Source of the DNA: Planctomycetota bacterium
GTDB taxonomy: Bacteria; Planctomycetota; UBA1135; UBA2386
DNA length: 64,000 nucleotides
Assembly (NCBI GenBank): GCA_965223545.1
Contig: OZ245006.1
Location: 7,488,001 to 7,552,000 of the forward strand
Reading direction: 5' to 3'
Of this stretch, positions 42,947-52,327 are shown one piece after another (position 1 is the stretch's first letter; each line of letters starts with the position of its first letter). The notes under the pieces are model-generated. The model saw only the letters and a program-made list of their open reading frames with translations. It was not told the DNA's origin and ran no database searches. A program made the translations under genes and the position numbers.

Positions 42947-43456
42947 GTGAACGCTCTTTTTCGCGCGACGATCGGTCTGCTGGTGCTCCTGTGCGGGGCG
43001 GCGTGCGGAACCCCGGTGGAGTACTTCGCGGTGCGCACGCACGCCGCGGGCAACGACGCCTCGGCGCAGCCGTTGGCCGAGACGTGGCTGGCCCGCAGCT
43101 GGCATCCGACCCGCGGCGCGACCATCAGCGAGGTCGTGCACCGGCCGGCGGGGAGACCGGCGGAGCGGCACGCCTGCGTGAGCAGCGCGTCGGGGGGGCG
43201 GTTCGAGTTCCGCAGCGACTCCGGTCTGTACCAGGGCGTCGGCGAGCTAGATCCGGCAGGGGCGACGGCGCGGACGCGCACCGAGCTGCGTGACGGCGGC
43301 CACACCTGGGCGCGAACGACCTTTCGCGCGGATGGCTGGGCCTCCGAGGTCGAGGTGTTCGATCGGGCCGGAGTGCGGCGGAAGGTGCTGCGGCAGAGTG
43401 CCCGGCGCATCACCGCGGACGAGTTTGCCGCGGCGGCGTCGCGCGTGCAAAACTGA
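42947..43456 (+). CDS. Hypothetical lipoprotein
   Basis: LLVLLCGAAC lipobox-like; TATCGT 8 nt upstream. Confidence 0.55.
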   Translation: MNALFRATIGLLVLLCGAACGTPVEYFAVRTHAAGNDASAQPLAETWLARSWHPTRGATISEVVHRPAGRPAERHACVSSASGGRFEFRSDSGLYQGVGELDPAGATARTRTELRDGGHTWARTTFRADGWASEVEVFDRAGVRRKVLRQSARRITADEFAAAASRVQN

Positions 43457-43464
43457 CGGATCTG

Positions 43465-43953
43465 TCAGCTGCCCCCGACGCGGTGGCGCCGCTTGGGGTG
43501 CGCCTGGAGCTCCGCCTGCAAACGGTCGACCAGCGCGCGTTCACCGTCCGTCTCCGTGTCGGAGGGCGCAAGCCGCAGCACGCCGCCCGCGGCCTCGTCG
43601 TCGAAGAAGCGCTGGCCGGGGCGGCACGGGCACAGCACGGTGCCGTCGGCCCCGGGCCGCAGATCTTCGCTGCGGGCCTCGATCCACATACCGGTGGTCA
43701 CCAAGGCGTCGCGCGAGGACCAGCGTTCGGTCGGCCTGGGGATGACGCCGCGGTCGGCGTCCAGCAAGTAGGTCGGGGTGACGTCGTAGAAGCGGCACAG
43801 CTCCACCATCAAGGCGGCGGAGGGCAGTGAAGTGCCGCGTTCGACGTGCGACAGGGTGGCCTGGCGAATGCCGAGCGCGTCGGCGACCGCTTGTTGGCTC
43901 AACCGCCGCTCGCGGGTGCGCAGATAGAAGATCTTCAAGCCGAGATTCACCAC
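43465..43953 (-). CDS. XRE-family HTH transcriptional regulator with unknown C-terminal domain
   Basis: LGLKIFYLR..RRLSQQAVADALGIRQATLSHVERG..PS; start placed at GTG 43953/43950. Confidence 0.85.
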   Translation of the reverse strand: MVNLGLKIFYLRTRERRLSQQAVADALGIRQATLSHVERGTSLPSAALMVELCRFYDVTPTYLLDADRGVIPRPTERWSSRDALVTTGMWIEARSEDLRPGADGTVLCPCRPGQRFFDDEAAGGVLRLAPSDTETDGERALVDRLQAELQAHPKRRHRVGGS

Positions 43954-44014
43954 GGCGCGACCTCGCGAGTGACGGTGTCGGCAGGTGGGGGCTGGCGCTG
44001 GGGCATGGCGGGCG

Positions 44015-45112
44015 TCACGTCTGCAGGCAGAGGACCGGGATCCGCCCGGAGTACGAGCTGCCGGTGGTGGCGCCGAGGTCCGTGCTCTCGACCCAGCCGA
44101 TGTCCCAACGCGGCAGCGACGCGCCGAGCTGCAGGTGGATGGCGTTCGAAGTCGACCAGCCGAGCGCGTTCTCGGTGGCGTCCGACAGTGCCCACTGCAC
44201 GAACAGCGGAATGTTGGCGAGCGCCGGAGTCGCGGGAATCGGCGCGCGCACGGTGGCCAGGCCGTTGCGCGGTCCGAGGGGCTGCAGGGCTGTGGGAATC
44301 GAGATCTGGCCACTCGTCAACAGCCAGCAGCCGGGGGCGCCGAGTGGCCCCATCTCGTACGGCAGCCGCAGCGGGCCGAGCGCCGTGCGGTTGGTGCCGA
44401 TCATGCACAGCACCGGGGCGGGCGTGGGGCGCGGTCCCGACAGGCTCAGAGTCGCCGTGCTGCCGAGCGCCAGCAGCGCGGTGTCCGCGGTTGCCGGCTC
44501 GGTGCCCATGTTGGTCATGCAGCTGGTGCCGTACGACGTCGCCGCGCCGCGCTCGGGCTGCACCACCGCGTCGATCGGCCACCAAGGCGTCGGTGCGGTC
44601 GGGTCGGTGGTGGTGATCGTCTCGATGCACAGCGTCCCGCCCAGGTACGCAAACGGCGTGTCCAGCGGAATGTCCACGGCAAACGGCGCGACCCATGGTG
44701 CCGGCGCGGTCGTCGGTTGTGGCACGTCGGGCAGGGTCAGCCAGCCGGCGAACACCTGTTGGTGGTCGGCGCCGCGGTTGCCGGCGAATGCCGCCTGTGG
44801 TGCGCTCGCCGCGCGGCTCGTGTGCGACATCCAAACCTCGACGTGCAAGCGGCCGCCGCGGTGGCGGTCGCCGGCGGCGTTGCGACGCACCGACAGGGTG
44901 AGGATGGGTTGGTTTACGATCTGGCCCAGATGGCGCGCGTCGAGCAAGAGCTGACGCCGCGCGTCGAAGGGCGAGAGTGCCCAGAACACGAGCCCGTCGC
45001 CCTCGACGTTGGTGTTCGCCGCCGGCACGGTGACCTGTGGCCGTTGTTGCGCCGCCAAGGGAGCCAGGCCGGCGGCGGCGGCGAGCAGCAGGTCTACGGT
45101 CCGAAATCGCAT
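44015..45112 (-). CDS. Secreted hypothetical protein with shared C-terminal domain
   Basis: Signal ...LAPLAAQ; YGTSC...GAPGCWL...PIPATPALANIPLFVQW...TSNAIHL plus a ~35-40 aa extension. Confidence 0.75.
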   Translation of the reverse strand: MRFRTVDLLLAAAAGLAPLAAQQRPQVTVPAANTNVEGDGLVFWALSPFDARRQLLLDARHLGQIVNQPILTLSVRRNAAGDRHRGGRLHVEVWMSHTSRAASAPQAAFAGNRGADHQQVFAGWLTLPDVPQPTTAPAPWVAPFAVDIPLDTPFAYLGGTLCIETITTTDPTAPTPWWPIDAVVQPERGAATSYGTSCMTNMGTEPATADTALLALGSTATLSLSGPRPTPAPVLCMIGTNRTALGPLRLPYEMGPLGAPGCWLLTSGQISIPTALQPLGPRNGLATVRAPIPATPALANIPLFVQWALSDATENALGWSTSNAIHLQLGASLPRWDIGWVESTDLGATTGSSYSGRIPVLCLQT

Positions 45113-45124
45113 GGCGAACGTTCT

Positions 45125-45385
45125 CTACTTGCCCTCGGTGGAAACGATGTAGCGGTGGAGGTAGCCCGGGGCGCCCTGCTGGTCCGACAGCACGAGCTCG
45201 CCTCCCGATGGAACCGGGTCGATCACGAAGTTGCCGTCCTTGTCGGGATCGACGGAGACCCCGTCTTCGCCGTCGACCTGCCACTCGACCGAGTCGGCCG
45301 GCCCGACGTAGGTGACCGTGGCGGTCTCCCCGGCCACCGGCGGGTCGGGCTCGATGCTGAAGCGGCTGCCGTCGGCGAGCACCAC
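45125..45385 (-). CDS. Small acidic beta-rich hypothetical protein
   Basis: 86 aa, host-like codon usage, packed between co-oriented genes. Confidence 0.55.
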   Translation of the reverse strand: MVLADGSRFSIEPDPPVAGETATVTYVGPADSVEWQVDGEDGVSVDPDKDGNFVIDPVPSGGELVLSDQQGAPGYLHRYIVSTEGK

Positions 45386-45387
45386 GT

Positions 45388-45993
45388 CTACCGAACCTCC
45401 CGGGTGCGCACGCGCGCCTGTGCTGCGTGCAGGGCAGTGCGGGTGTCGGGCAGCAGGGGAGCCGCGCTGGGCATCGGCCCGAACGTCGCCAGCTCCTCGA
45501 CGGCCCCCAGGCGGGCGAGGCTGCGCGCCGCCACGGCGCCCGCCGCGTCCGCGTGCGCCAGCTGCGGGCGCTGCAACACGCCGCGCAAGAGGCGGGCGAA
45601 GAGGGGAATCAGCTCGGTGGCGGTGCGGTCGCGCATCGACACGCGTTCGAGCTCACCGGACCAGTGGATCAAGTCCGCCAAGGGCGCCGAGCGCAGCGAC
45701 TGCGCCCATGCCAGGCTGCCGATCGCGGGGGGTGCCGCCGGCTCGCGCGGCGGGCGGGGTGTCGTGGCCGCGCGCGTGCCGGCCAGAGCTCCACCGCCGA
45801 AGGCTCCGGTGGCCGCTCCCGCGGCGAAGCCGACCGCGGCGATCAGCCACGCTCGCCGGCTGTGGGGGGCGCCGGCTTCGAGCTGCTGGCGCGTCCACTG
45901 ACCGCGGCGGTAGTTGTCTTTGCCACCGGTCGGAAAGGAGCCTGTATGCATGGGGAGCGCCGTGATGATAGCGCTGGGAGACGGGTTCTGCAC
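45388..45993 (-). CDS. Hypothetical membrane-anchored protein (Tat-like SRRAWL)
   Basis: SRRAWLIAAVGFAAG hydrophobic segment; start uncertain. Confidence 0.5.
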   Translation of the reverse strand: MQNPSPSAIITALPMHTGSFPTGGKDNYRRGQWTRQQLEAGAPHSRRAWLIAAVGFAAGAATGAFGGGALAGTRAATTPRPPREPAAPPAIGSLAWAQSLRSAPLADLIHWSGELERVSMRDRTATELIPLFARLLRGVLQRPQLAHADAAGAVAARSLARLGAVEELATFGPMPSAAPLLPDTRTALHAAQARVRTREVR

Positions 45994-46017
45994 TGCCCGC
46001 CGGCGTCCGCGCGGTGG

Positions 46018-46884
46018 TCAACGGTGGGCGGCACGGCGCAGCTGCTCGTCGTCGGGGTGCCGGGCGAGTCCCTCGGCGCGCACCGAGGCCGCCTTCTCGG
46101 CGTTCCCCGTTTGCTCGTAGAGGTTGGCGAGATAGACGTAGGTCTGCGCTTGCCGCGGGCCTCGGCCCATGGTGCGCTGTTGCTCGACCAGCACCTCGAA
46201 GTGGCGGATCGCCTCGGCGCGAACTCCCGATGCCGCGGGCCAGTGGGCCAGGCCCTCCGCCTTGCGAAAGCGGGCCCGCCAGCTGGTCGGGTCGAGCTCG
46301 AGCGCCTCGCTGAAGGCGGTGTCGGCGGCTTCGCCGAGTTGCCGGCGCTGGTCGGGACTCGACGTCCGGAGCAGCTGCTGCACCAGCGCCTGGCCGAGAT
46401 CGACGCGGGCCTCGGCCGAGGCCGGCGCAGCCGCGGCACGCGTCCGCAGCTCCTCGACCGCCAGATCGAGCGCTCCGGCGTCTGCGAGCTGCTGCCAGAT
46501 GGCTTGGGCCGCGGCGTCGTCGGGGGCTGCCGAGAGGTCGGCGAGCGCGCGCTGCAGCAGCCCGTCGTCGGCCGGCGGCGGCGCTGCTCCTCGGAGTTCG
46601 GTGACGTGCTCGGCGACCAGGTGGCGGACGAGCGCCTCGAGGTCCGGAGTTGCCGTCACTGCGGTGCGGCGTGGAGCGGCGGGGTCTGCCGGCACGGGCA
46701 TGGACCGTTGCTCGAGGCGATGCTCCAGGGTTGCTACCCGCTCGCCGAGTGCCCGCAGCTGGCGCTCGAAATCCTCGCTGCGGGGTGATCGGTCGGGATC
46801 GGTGCGCCGGTCGCCGAGCCAGACGGCGAGCAGCACCACGCCGAGAGCGGCTCCGATCGCGATCAAGGTCCCGCCGCGACTCAT
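46018..46884 (-). CDS. Membrane-anchored coiled-coil/TPR protein
   Basis: N-terminal TM; AFSEALELDP, YVYLANLYEQTG, GLARHP TPR motifs; ATGA overlap with the upstream gene. Confidence 0.75.
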   Translation of the reverse strand: MSRGGTLIAIGAALGVVLLAVWLGDRRTDPDRSPRSEDFERQLRALGERVATLEHRLEQRSMPVPADPAAPRRTAVTATPDLEALVRHLVAEHVTELRGAAPPPADDGLLQRALADLSAAPDDAAAQAIWQQLADAGALDLAVEELRTRAAAAPASAEARVDLGQALVQQLLRTSSPDQRRQLGEAADTAFSEALELDPTSWRARFRKAEGLAHWPAASGVRAEAIRHFEVLVEQQRTMGRGPRQAQTYVYLANLYEQTGNAEKAASVRAEGLARHPDDEQLRRAAHR

Positions 46885-49403
46885 TGGATCGTGACCACCA
46901 GGGTGGCGCTAGCGCTGGCGTTGCCGGTCGGACCGCAGCCGGCCGGGTTGAGCCAGACCGCTTGTGCGTAGGCGCGGGCGCCACTGCTCACGTTGGTCAG
47001 CGGAACCGGCAACCGCGCTTCACCGTCGGCGGTCGACAGTGCCGGCAGCAGCACCAGCGGTGCCGTCGGGTCCAAGTAAAGCGTGGCGCCGAGCAGGGGC
47101 AGGCCGGTTGGAATCGCGCGACCCCCGAGCAGGATCGCGCCGGCCGCGTTGGCGGGGGCGTTGCTCGCGAACAGGGCGAAGCGGGACTCGCCGGCAGCGG
47201 GGCAGCGTGTCCCCCCGAGCGCCGGTGCCCCGACGCAAGATGGTGTCGCGCTGCCGAGCGAGGTGAGTCCACAGCTCGCGAGGTCGATCTGGGTGGCGAA
47301 ACCGTCCGCGGTGCCGCGCAGTGTTTGGCCGACAGCTCCGGCGGTCGTCGGGAAGTCCGAGGAGCCGGTGACTCCAGCCAAGACCACCCGGCGCTCGCCG
47401 TCGGCGGCGAGGCCCTCGCCGCCGTCGCTGCCTCCGCCACCGAGGTAGGTCGAGTACAGCACGGCACTGCCATCCGGGCTGATGCGTGCCACGAAGCCGT
47501 CCGCGGACCCTCTGGCCGCAGCCTGCACTGCGCCCTGGGTCGACGGCAGATCGCTGGACGAAGTCTGCCCGCCGATCAGGACTGCGCCGGTGCGTTCCAA
47601 CGCGGTGCCCTTCGGGACATCGCCGCTGCCCCCGCCGAACAGCGTGGAGAAGAGCATTCGTTGACCATCGGCGCTGAGTTTGGTGACGAATGCATCCGAC
47701 GAGCCCTGGGCTGTCGACGAGTACGCCCCCGCCGTCGTCGGGAAGTCATTGGAGGCCGAAACACCGGTGACGATGACGGCACCACCATCTTCGGTGGCGA
47801 GTGCCTCGGCGACGTCACCGCTGGCGCCACCCAGCAGGGTCGCGAACACGGCGGCGTCGCCGCTCGGAGTCAGCCGCACCACGAAGGCGTCCGAGGTGCC
47901 GAGCTGCGTGTTCTGTACGACGCCCGCCGTGGTCGGGAAGTCTCCCGAGGATGTCGTGCCGGCGACCACGACGTGGCCGCCGGCGTCGACGGCGACTGCT
48001 TGCGCGACGTCGCCGCTACGGCCGCCGAGCAGCGTGCTGAAAACCAGGCTGGTGCCGTCGGCGGCGAGCAGCGTGGCGAACGCGTCGGAGGTGCCGGCCG
48101 GTGCGGTGCCGAACGCGCCAGCGGTGCGCGGAAAATCGCTCGACGAAGTCACGCCGGCGACGGCGGCACGGCCGCGGTCGTCGAGGGCGACCCCGTGCGC
48201 CACATCGCCGGCAGAGCCGCCCAGAAACGTGGAGAAGCGCAGGGTGCTCCCGTCCGCCGATAGCTTGGTGACGAAGCAATCCGAGCGGCCGCTGAGCCGG
48301 CGTGAGTGCGCGCCGGCCGTGGTCGGAAAGTTGGTGGACTGTGTATTGCCGGCGACCACGACGTCGCCGTTTGCGTCGATGGACACGCCGTAGGGCTTGT
48401 CGCCCGAGCTGCCACCCAGGTAGGTGCCAAACCGCAGTCCCGTCCCGCTCGGGTCGAAGGATGCAATGAACACGTCGGCGGTGGGAGCGCCGAAGCCGTT
48501 GTAGGTCGGGTCGAAGACTCCGGCGGTGACCGGGAAGTTGCTCGATGCGGTCTCGCCGCAGACCACGGTGTCGTCAGCCGCCGAGCGGGCGACATCGATG
48601 GCGAATTCGTAGCTCGAGCCACCGAGGAACGAAGACCAGTCGATGCCGGGGTCGATCACCGTCGGGTGTCCGCGGTCGTAGTCGGGCAGCTCAAAGCCGT
48701 AGGCGGCTTCGCCGAGCCGCCGGTAGCGACAGGTGATGGGCATCCGTCTGCCGTCCACGACCTGCCACGTCTTTGGCCGGGGCTGGCGCAGCGGCCCAAA
48801 CGCCGTCGACAGCTGCAAGTCGCCGCCGCCGTCGACGGAAAGGTCGCCCGCGCCCTGGACGTCGATGGCGATGCGCGAGGGATCGGCGCCGGCGGCCAGC
48901 AGCAAGTCGTAGCCGAGCGTGCCATCGCGCACCCAGAGCTGTAGATCGACGCCGGGGTACAGTTGGCGGTAGCGCACGCTGTGGTGGGCGGGGACGCCGA
49001 CGTGATGGTCGCTGGCCTGCTCGCCGAGCAAGAAGTGGCGCACGCCGGCATCGCCTTCGCCGACCAGTTCGGCTGCTGGATCGGCGCCGCGGAACCGCAG
49101 GCGCACGACGTTGCGCATTGGGCCTCGGTCCGGCCCGATGTACCGTTGGAAGTCGAGTGCGATGGCGTCGCGCTCGACCCAAACCAGCGCCCCCGCAACC
49201 TCGCCCCGGAATCGGACGGTGGCCGGCCACTGGCCGTGGTTGGCGGTGAATCCACGCGGAAAGACCGCGGGTGCCCGCGCCGATGGGGCGGGAGTGGACG
49301 GCCGAGCAGCACTGGTTGGCCGTAGGTCGGTTTGCGTGGCACAAGAACCGAGCGCCAGCAGTGCGGCAATCGCCAGGGGACGGGAGTGGTGGTTCCGGTT
49401 CAT
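46881..49403 (-). CDS. Secreted SBBP (beta-propeller) repeat protein with shared C-terminal domain
   Basis: FTANHGQW, YRQLYPGVDL, IDP, about 6 repeats of ST-x-LGG...G-x-T-x-SxDFPTT-x-GA...DAFV; lipobox-like LGSC. Confidence 0.85.
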   Translation of the reverse strand: MNRNHHSRPLAIAALLALGSCATQTDLRPTSAARPSTPAPSARAPAVFPRGFTANHGQWPATVRFRGEVAGALVWVERDAIALDFQRYIGPDRGPMRNVVRLRFRGADPAAELVGEGDAGVRHFLLGEQASDHHVGVPAHHSVRYRQLYPGVDLQLWVRDGTLGYDLLLAAGADPSRIAIDVQGAGDLSVDGGGDLQLSTAFGPLRQPRPKTWQVVDGRRMPITCRYRRLGEAAYGFELPDYDRGHPTVIDPGIDWSSFLGGSSYEFAIDVARSAADDTVVCGETASSNFPVTAGVFDPTYNGFGAPTADVFIASFDPSGTGLRFGTYLGGSSGDKPYGVSIDANGDVVVAGNTQSTNFPTTAGAHSRRLSGRSDCFVTKLSADGSTLRFSTFLGGSAGDVAHGVALDDRGRAAVAGVTSSSDFPRTAGAFGTAPAGTSDAFATLLAADGTSLVFSTLLGGRSGDVAQAVAVDAGGHVVVAGTTSSGDFPTTAGVVQNTQLGTSDAFVVRLTPSGDAAVFATLLGGASGDVAEALATEDGGAVIVTGVSASNDFPTTAGAYSSTAQGSSDAFVTKLSADGQRMLFSTLFGGGSGDVPKGTALERTGAVLIGGQTSSSDLPSTQGAVQAAARGSADGFVARISPDGSAVLYSTYLGGGGSDGGEGLAADGERRVVLAGVTGSSDFPTTAGAVGQTLRGTADGFATQIDLASCGLTSLGSATPSCVGAPALGGTRCPAAGESRFALFASNAPANAAGAILLGGRAIPTGLPLLGATLYLDPTAPLVLLPALSTADGEARLPVPLTNVSSGARAYAQAVWLNPAGCGPTGNASASATLVVTIQ

Positions 49404-52147
49404 GATTGGCTCACGGTTGGAGAGGTTCGTTCGCGTCGGCGGCTGCGCGTCAGCGCGGCGAAGAAGGACACCGTAGCGAGCGCGAGCAACACCAAGACGA
49501 TGGTCATCGCCGAGGACCAGTCGCCGCCGGCGACCGGCGGCGAGCCCGCGGCAGGCGTCGCGGCGAACATCGCCGCGACCGCTTGGTAGGCGGCCTTGGG
49601 CCGCCGCTCGCCAGTGACCAAGCCGTAATGTTCCTCGGGGTCCTCGTCGTGCTGCAAGTGATCGTCATCGACCGTCGTGCGGTCCCACCACGCGCCGTGC
49701 AGCTGCGGATTCGAGTAGTTCTTCCACCACTCGTCGGCAAACTCGAACACGAAGCCACCGCACGCGCCGGCGGCGTTGAGTCCGGTCCAGCATTCGGTCG
49801 TCCGTTGCGCTTGCCCGTCTTCTCCGGCCTCCATGCTGTTGACGCCGAACTCGGTGATCAACAGCGGCCGGTCGCCGGCGATCGGCTGCAGCACTTTGCT
49901 GATGAAGTTGCCGTAGCCCATCGCGACGACCTCCGGTGGCCACAGCGGATAGAGGTTGAAGGCGCAGACGTCGAGGAACGACAGATCGAGCGTGCGCGTG
50001 TTGGGCCAGTTGGCGTGCGTGACGAAGTGCCTGCTGTCGCGGGCGCGAATTTCGTCGTACAGGCCGCGCAGTACGCCTTCGACTTTCGCGGTGCCGTGCT
50101 GCACCACGATCCACGGTGGGATCTCGTGCCCCAGCATCCAGCCGAGCACCGCAGGGTGGTCGTGCAGCGCTTCGACGCGATCGAGCAGCGCCTGCTGTTG
50201 CCCGGCAAACGCGTCGTTACCGAGCTGAGGCCAGTCGAGCCAGCCGGCGACGAGCACGCGCAACTGATGTCTCCATGCGACGTCGAGCAGGGTGCGTGGC
50301 GGATCGTAGGCCAGCACGGTGTTCGCGCCGAGGGCGGCGATCATGGCGAGGTCTTCGGCCAGCTCTTCCTCGCTTGGGAACGGCGAGCGGCCGGGCCCGG
50401 TGCCCGGTCGCCAGGGACCGTAGTGCACCCCCTTGACCTTGTAGGGAGCGTCTTCGAGGGCGAGCGTCTTGCCGGTGACGCGGACCGCCGGGGGGTCTTG
50501 TGGCGGCACACTGCCGAGGCCGGGAAGCACGAGGAGCGCGGCGCCGAGGGCGCTGGCCGTGGCGAGCGGTGCCCAGCGTGGACGCAGGGGAGGCAGGTGG
50601 CGGTCGCGGTAGAGGACTGCCATGGTCGGGATGAACAGGAACTTCGCCGCAATCACCACGGTGAGGGGAGACCACAGCAGCATGGGAAACCACAGCAGGG
50701 GCACCAACAGCAGGGCGGCGCCGAAGCCGGCCTCCCACAGCAGTGCAGGGTCGAGTCCGTTGTCGGCGATCCCGTTGGTCGGCACCCAGCGGCGCTCGCG
50801 GCGGGACAGGCCGTGGAGGCTGCCGCGTGCGGTCGGGAAATCGGTGGCGCCGTAGCCCAGCCAACACGTGCAGATGAACGCGGGGAGTTCGCGGAGCCGG
50901 CCGTGGCGCAGCGAGAACGCGATCACCGGCAAGAAAATCAGGACCGGGATGACGCTGCCCGCGATCAGAGTCGTGCGCAGATCGAAGTGAGTGTCGCGCA
51001 GCACGAACGGGCCGAGCAGGTAGAGGGCGCACACATACCCCAGCAGCACGGTTTGCAGGGTGTAGAAGCCCGTGAAGTGCAACAGACCCCATTTTTCCGC
51101 GAAGCGGAGCCGGTTGGTCGTGAGGATCGTCCAAAGGTGCCGGCGGAGCACTTGCATGCTCCCGAGCGCCCACTTGTACGTGCGAATGCGGAACGCCGCG
51201 TACGAAGGCGGGTGCCTTTCGCCGAACGGCACATCGCTCGCGTACGCGACGCGGTAGCCCGCGAGGTTGAGTCGCACCGTGAGGTCGATGTCGTCGGCGA
51301 AGCAGCCGGGCGTGTAGCCACCGACAGCGCGCACGGCTTCGTTGCGCAGTAGCCCGTTGTGGCCGACGAACGGGGTCCAACCGTGGCGCTGGGCCACCGA
51401 GAGAAACAGGTGGAAGACGTCGATCGCGCGCGACAGCACGCGGTTGACGCCGCAGTGGCTGGCGTCGGCGACCGACACGTTGCGCGCTTGCGCGATCGCG
51501 ATCGACGGATCGCGCAGCCGCTCGAGCAAGCGGTGGATGCAGTCCGGATCGACTGCCACCGAGTCGTTGTCGCAGATGAGCGTGAAATCGGCGATGCCCT
51601 CGAGCTCGCCCAGCACGTAGTTCAGGGCACCGGGTTTGCCGCCGGTCTTCTCTGGCCTGTTCAGAAGCAGTAGCTCGAAGCGCGGGTCGGCTTCCAGGCT
51701 CGGCCGCAGTCGGTCGACGGCGGGGTCGCCTCCGGCGAGGTCGTCGTGGAGTACGAGGAGGAGGCGCCCCGGTGCCCTGAGGCCGCGCAGGCTTTCGAGC
51801 GCCTGGTGATCGAGGTCGCCGCAGCACAGATAGACCACCGCCACGGTCGGAGTGGGTGTGTCGGGCTCGCGTGGTTCAGCGGGCGTGCCCGCGGTATCCG
51901 CACCGCGGCGCTGGAACAGGTAGACCAGTGCGACCATCGCCATGGTCGCCGCCGGAAAGCTGAAGACGATCTCGGCCGTCAGCTTTCCGTACAACAGCAG
52001 GCTCTCCAGGCCGTTGCGAGGGTCCGAGAGGTAGGCGGGCAGTACCGTCGCGGCGTAGCACGCGCTAAACGTCGTTGCGAGGAGAACTGCCGCGATGGCG
52101 ACGCGGTTGCTCGGCAACGGCGCACTGCCGCCGAGGCGATCGGGCAT
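49400..52147 (-). CDS. Processive GT2 glycosyltransferase fused to a C-terminal clan GH-A TIM-barrel glycoside hydrolase
   Basis: KPGALN, DND, FADD, RTYKW (QxxRW variant), TM block; then KGVHYGP, GANTV, WMLGHE, LITEFG, FEFADEWWK, EEHYGL. Confidence 0.85.
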   Translation of the reverse strand: MPDRLGGSAPLPSNRVAIAAVLLATTFSACYAATVLPAYLSDPRNGLESLLLYGKLTAEIVFSFPAATMAMVALVYLFQRRGADTAGTPAEPREPDTPTPTVAVVYLCCGDLDHQALESLRGLRAPGRLLLVLHDDLAGGDPAVDRLRPSLEADPRFELLLLNRPEKTGGKPGALNYVLGELEGIADFTLICDNDSVAVDPDCIHRLLERLRDPSIAIAQARNVSVADASHCGVNRVLSRAIDVFHLFLSVAQRHGWTPFVGHNGLLRNEAVRAVGGYTPGCFADDIDLTVRLNLAGYRVAYASDVPFGERHPPSYAAFRIRTYKWALGSMQVLRRHLWTILTTNRLRFAEKWGLLHFTGFYTLQTVLLGYVCALYLLGPFVLRDTHFDLRTTLIAGSVIPVLIFLPVIAFSLRHGRLRELPAFICTCWLGYGATDFPTARGSLHGLSRRERRWVPTNGIADNGLDPALLWEAGFGAALLLVPLLWFPMLLWSPLTVVIAAKFLFIPTMAVLYRDRHLPPLRPRWAPLATASALGAALLVLPGLGSVPPQDPPAVRVTGKTLALEDAPYKVKGVHYGPWRPGTGPGRSPFPSEEELAEDLAMIAALGANTVLAYDPPRTLLDVAWRHQLRVLVAGWLDWPQLGNDAFAGQQQALLDRVEALHDHPAVLGWMLGHEIPPWIVVQHGTAKVEGVLRGLYDEIRARDSRHFVTHANWPNTRTLDLSFLDVCAFNLYPLWPPEVVAMGYGNFISKVLQPIAGDRPLLITEFGVNSMEAGEDGQAQRTTECWTGLNAAGACGGFVFEFADEWWKNYSNPQLHGAWWDRTTVDDDHLQHDEDPEEHYGLVTGERRPKAAYQAVAAMFAATPAAGSPPVAGGDWSSAMTIVLVLLALATVSFFAALTRSRRRERTSPTVSQS

Positions 52148-52327
52148 GGATGCGAGGCTGAGGTGAGAGGTGGCCTCGCTTTATCGGTGCCTCCGTATGA
52201 TGTGTCAATTCAGGTGATCTCCCACGACTCTCGACCGAAAATTGGTGTTTATCCGTAGGCGCGGCGTGCGCGTTGCTCGGGAACCGCGCCTCTGTCGCAT
52301 GCCGACCTCGACCGTATGATTTGACCG

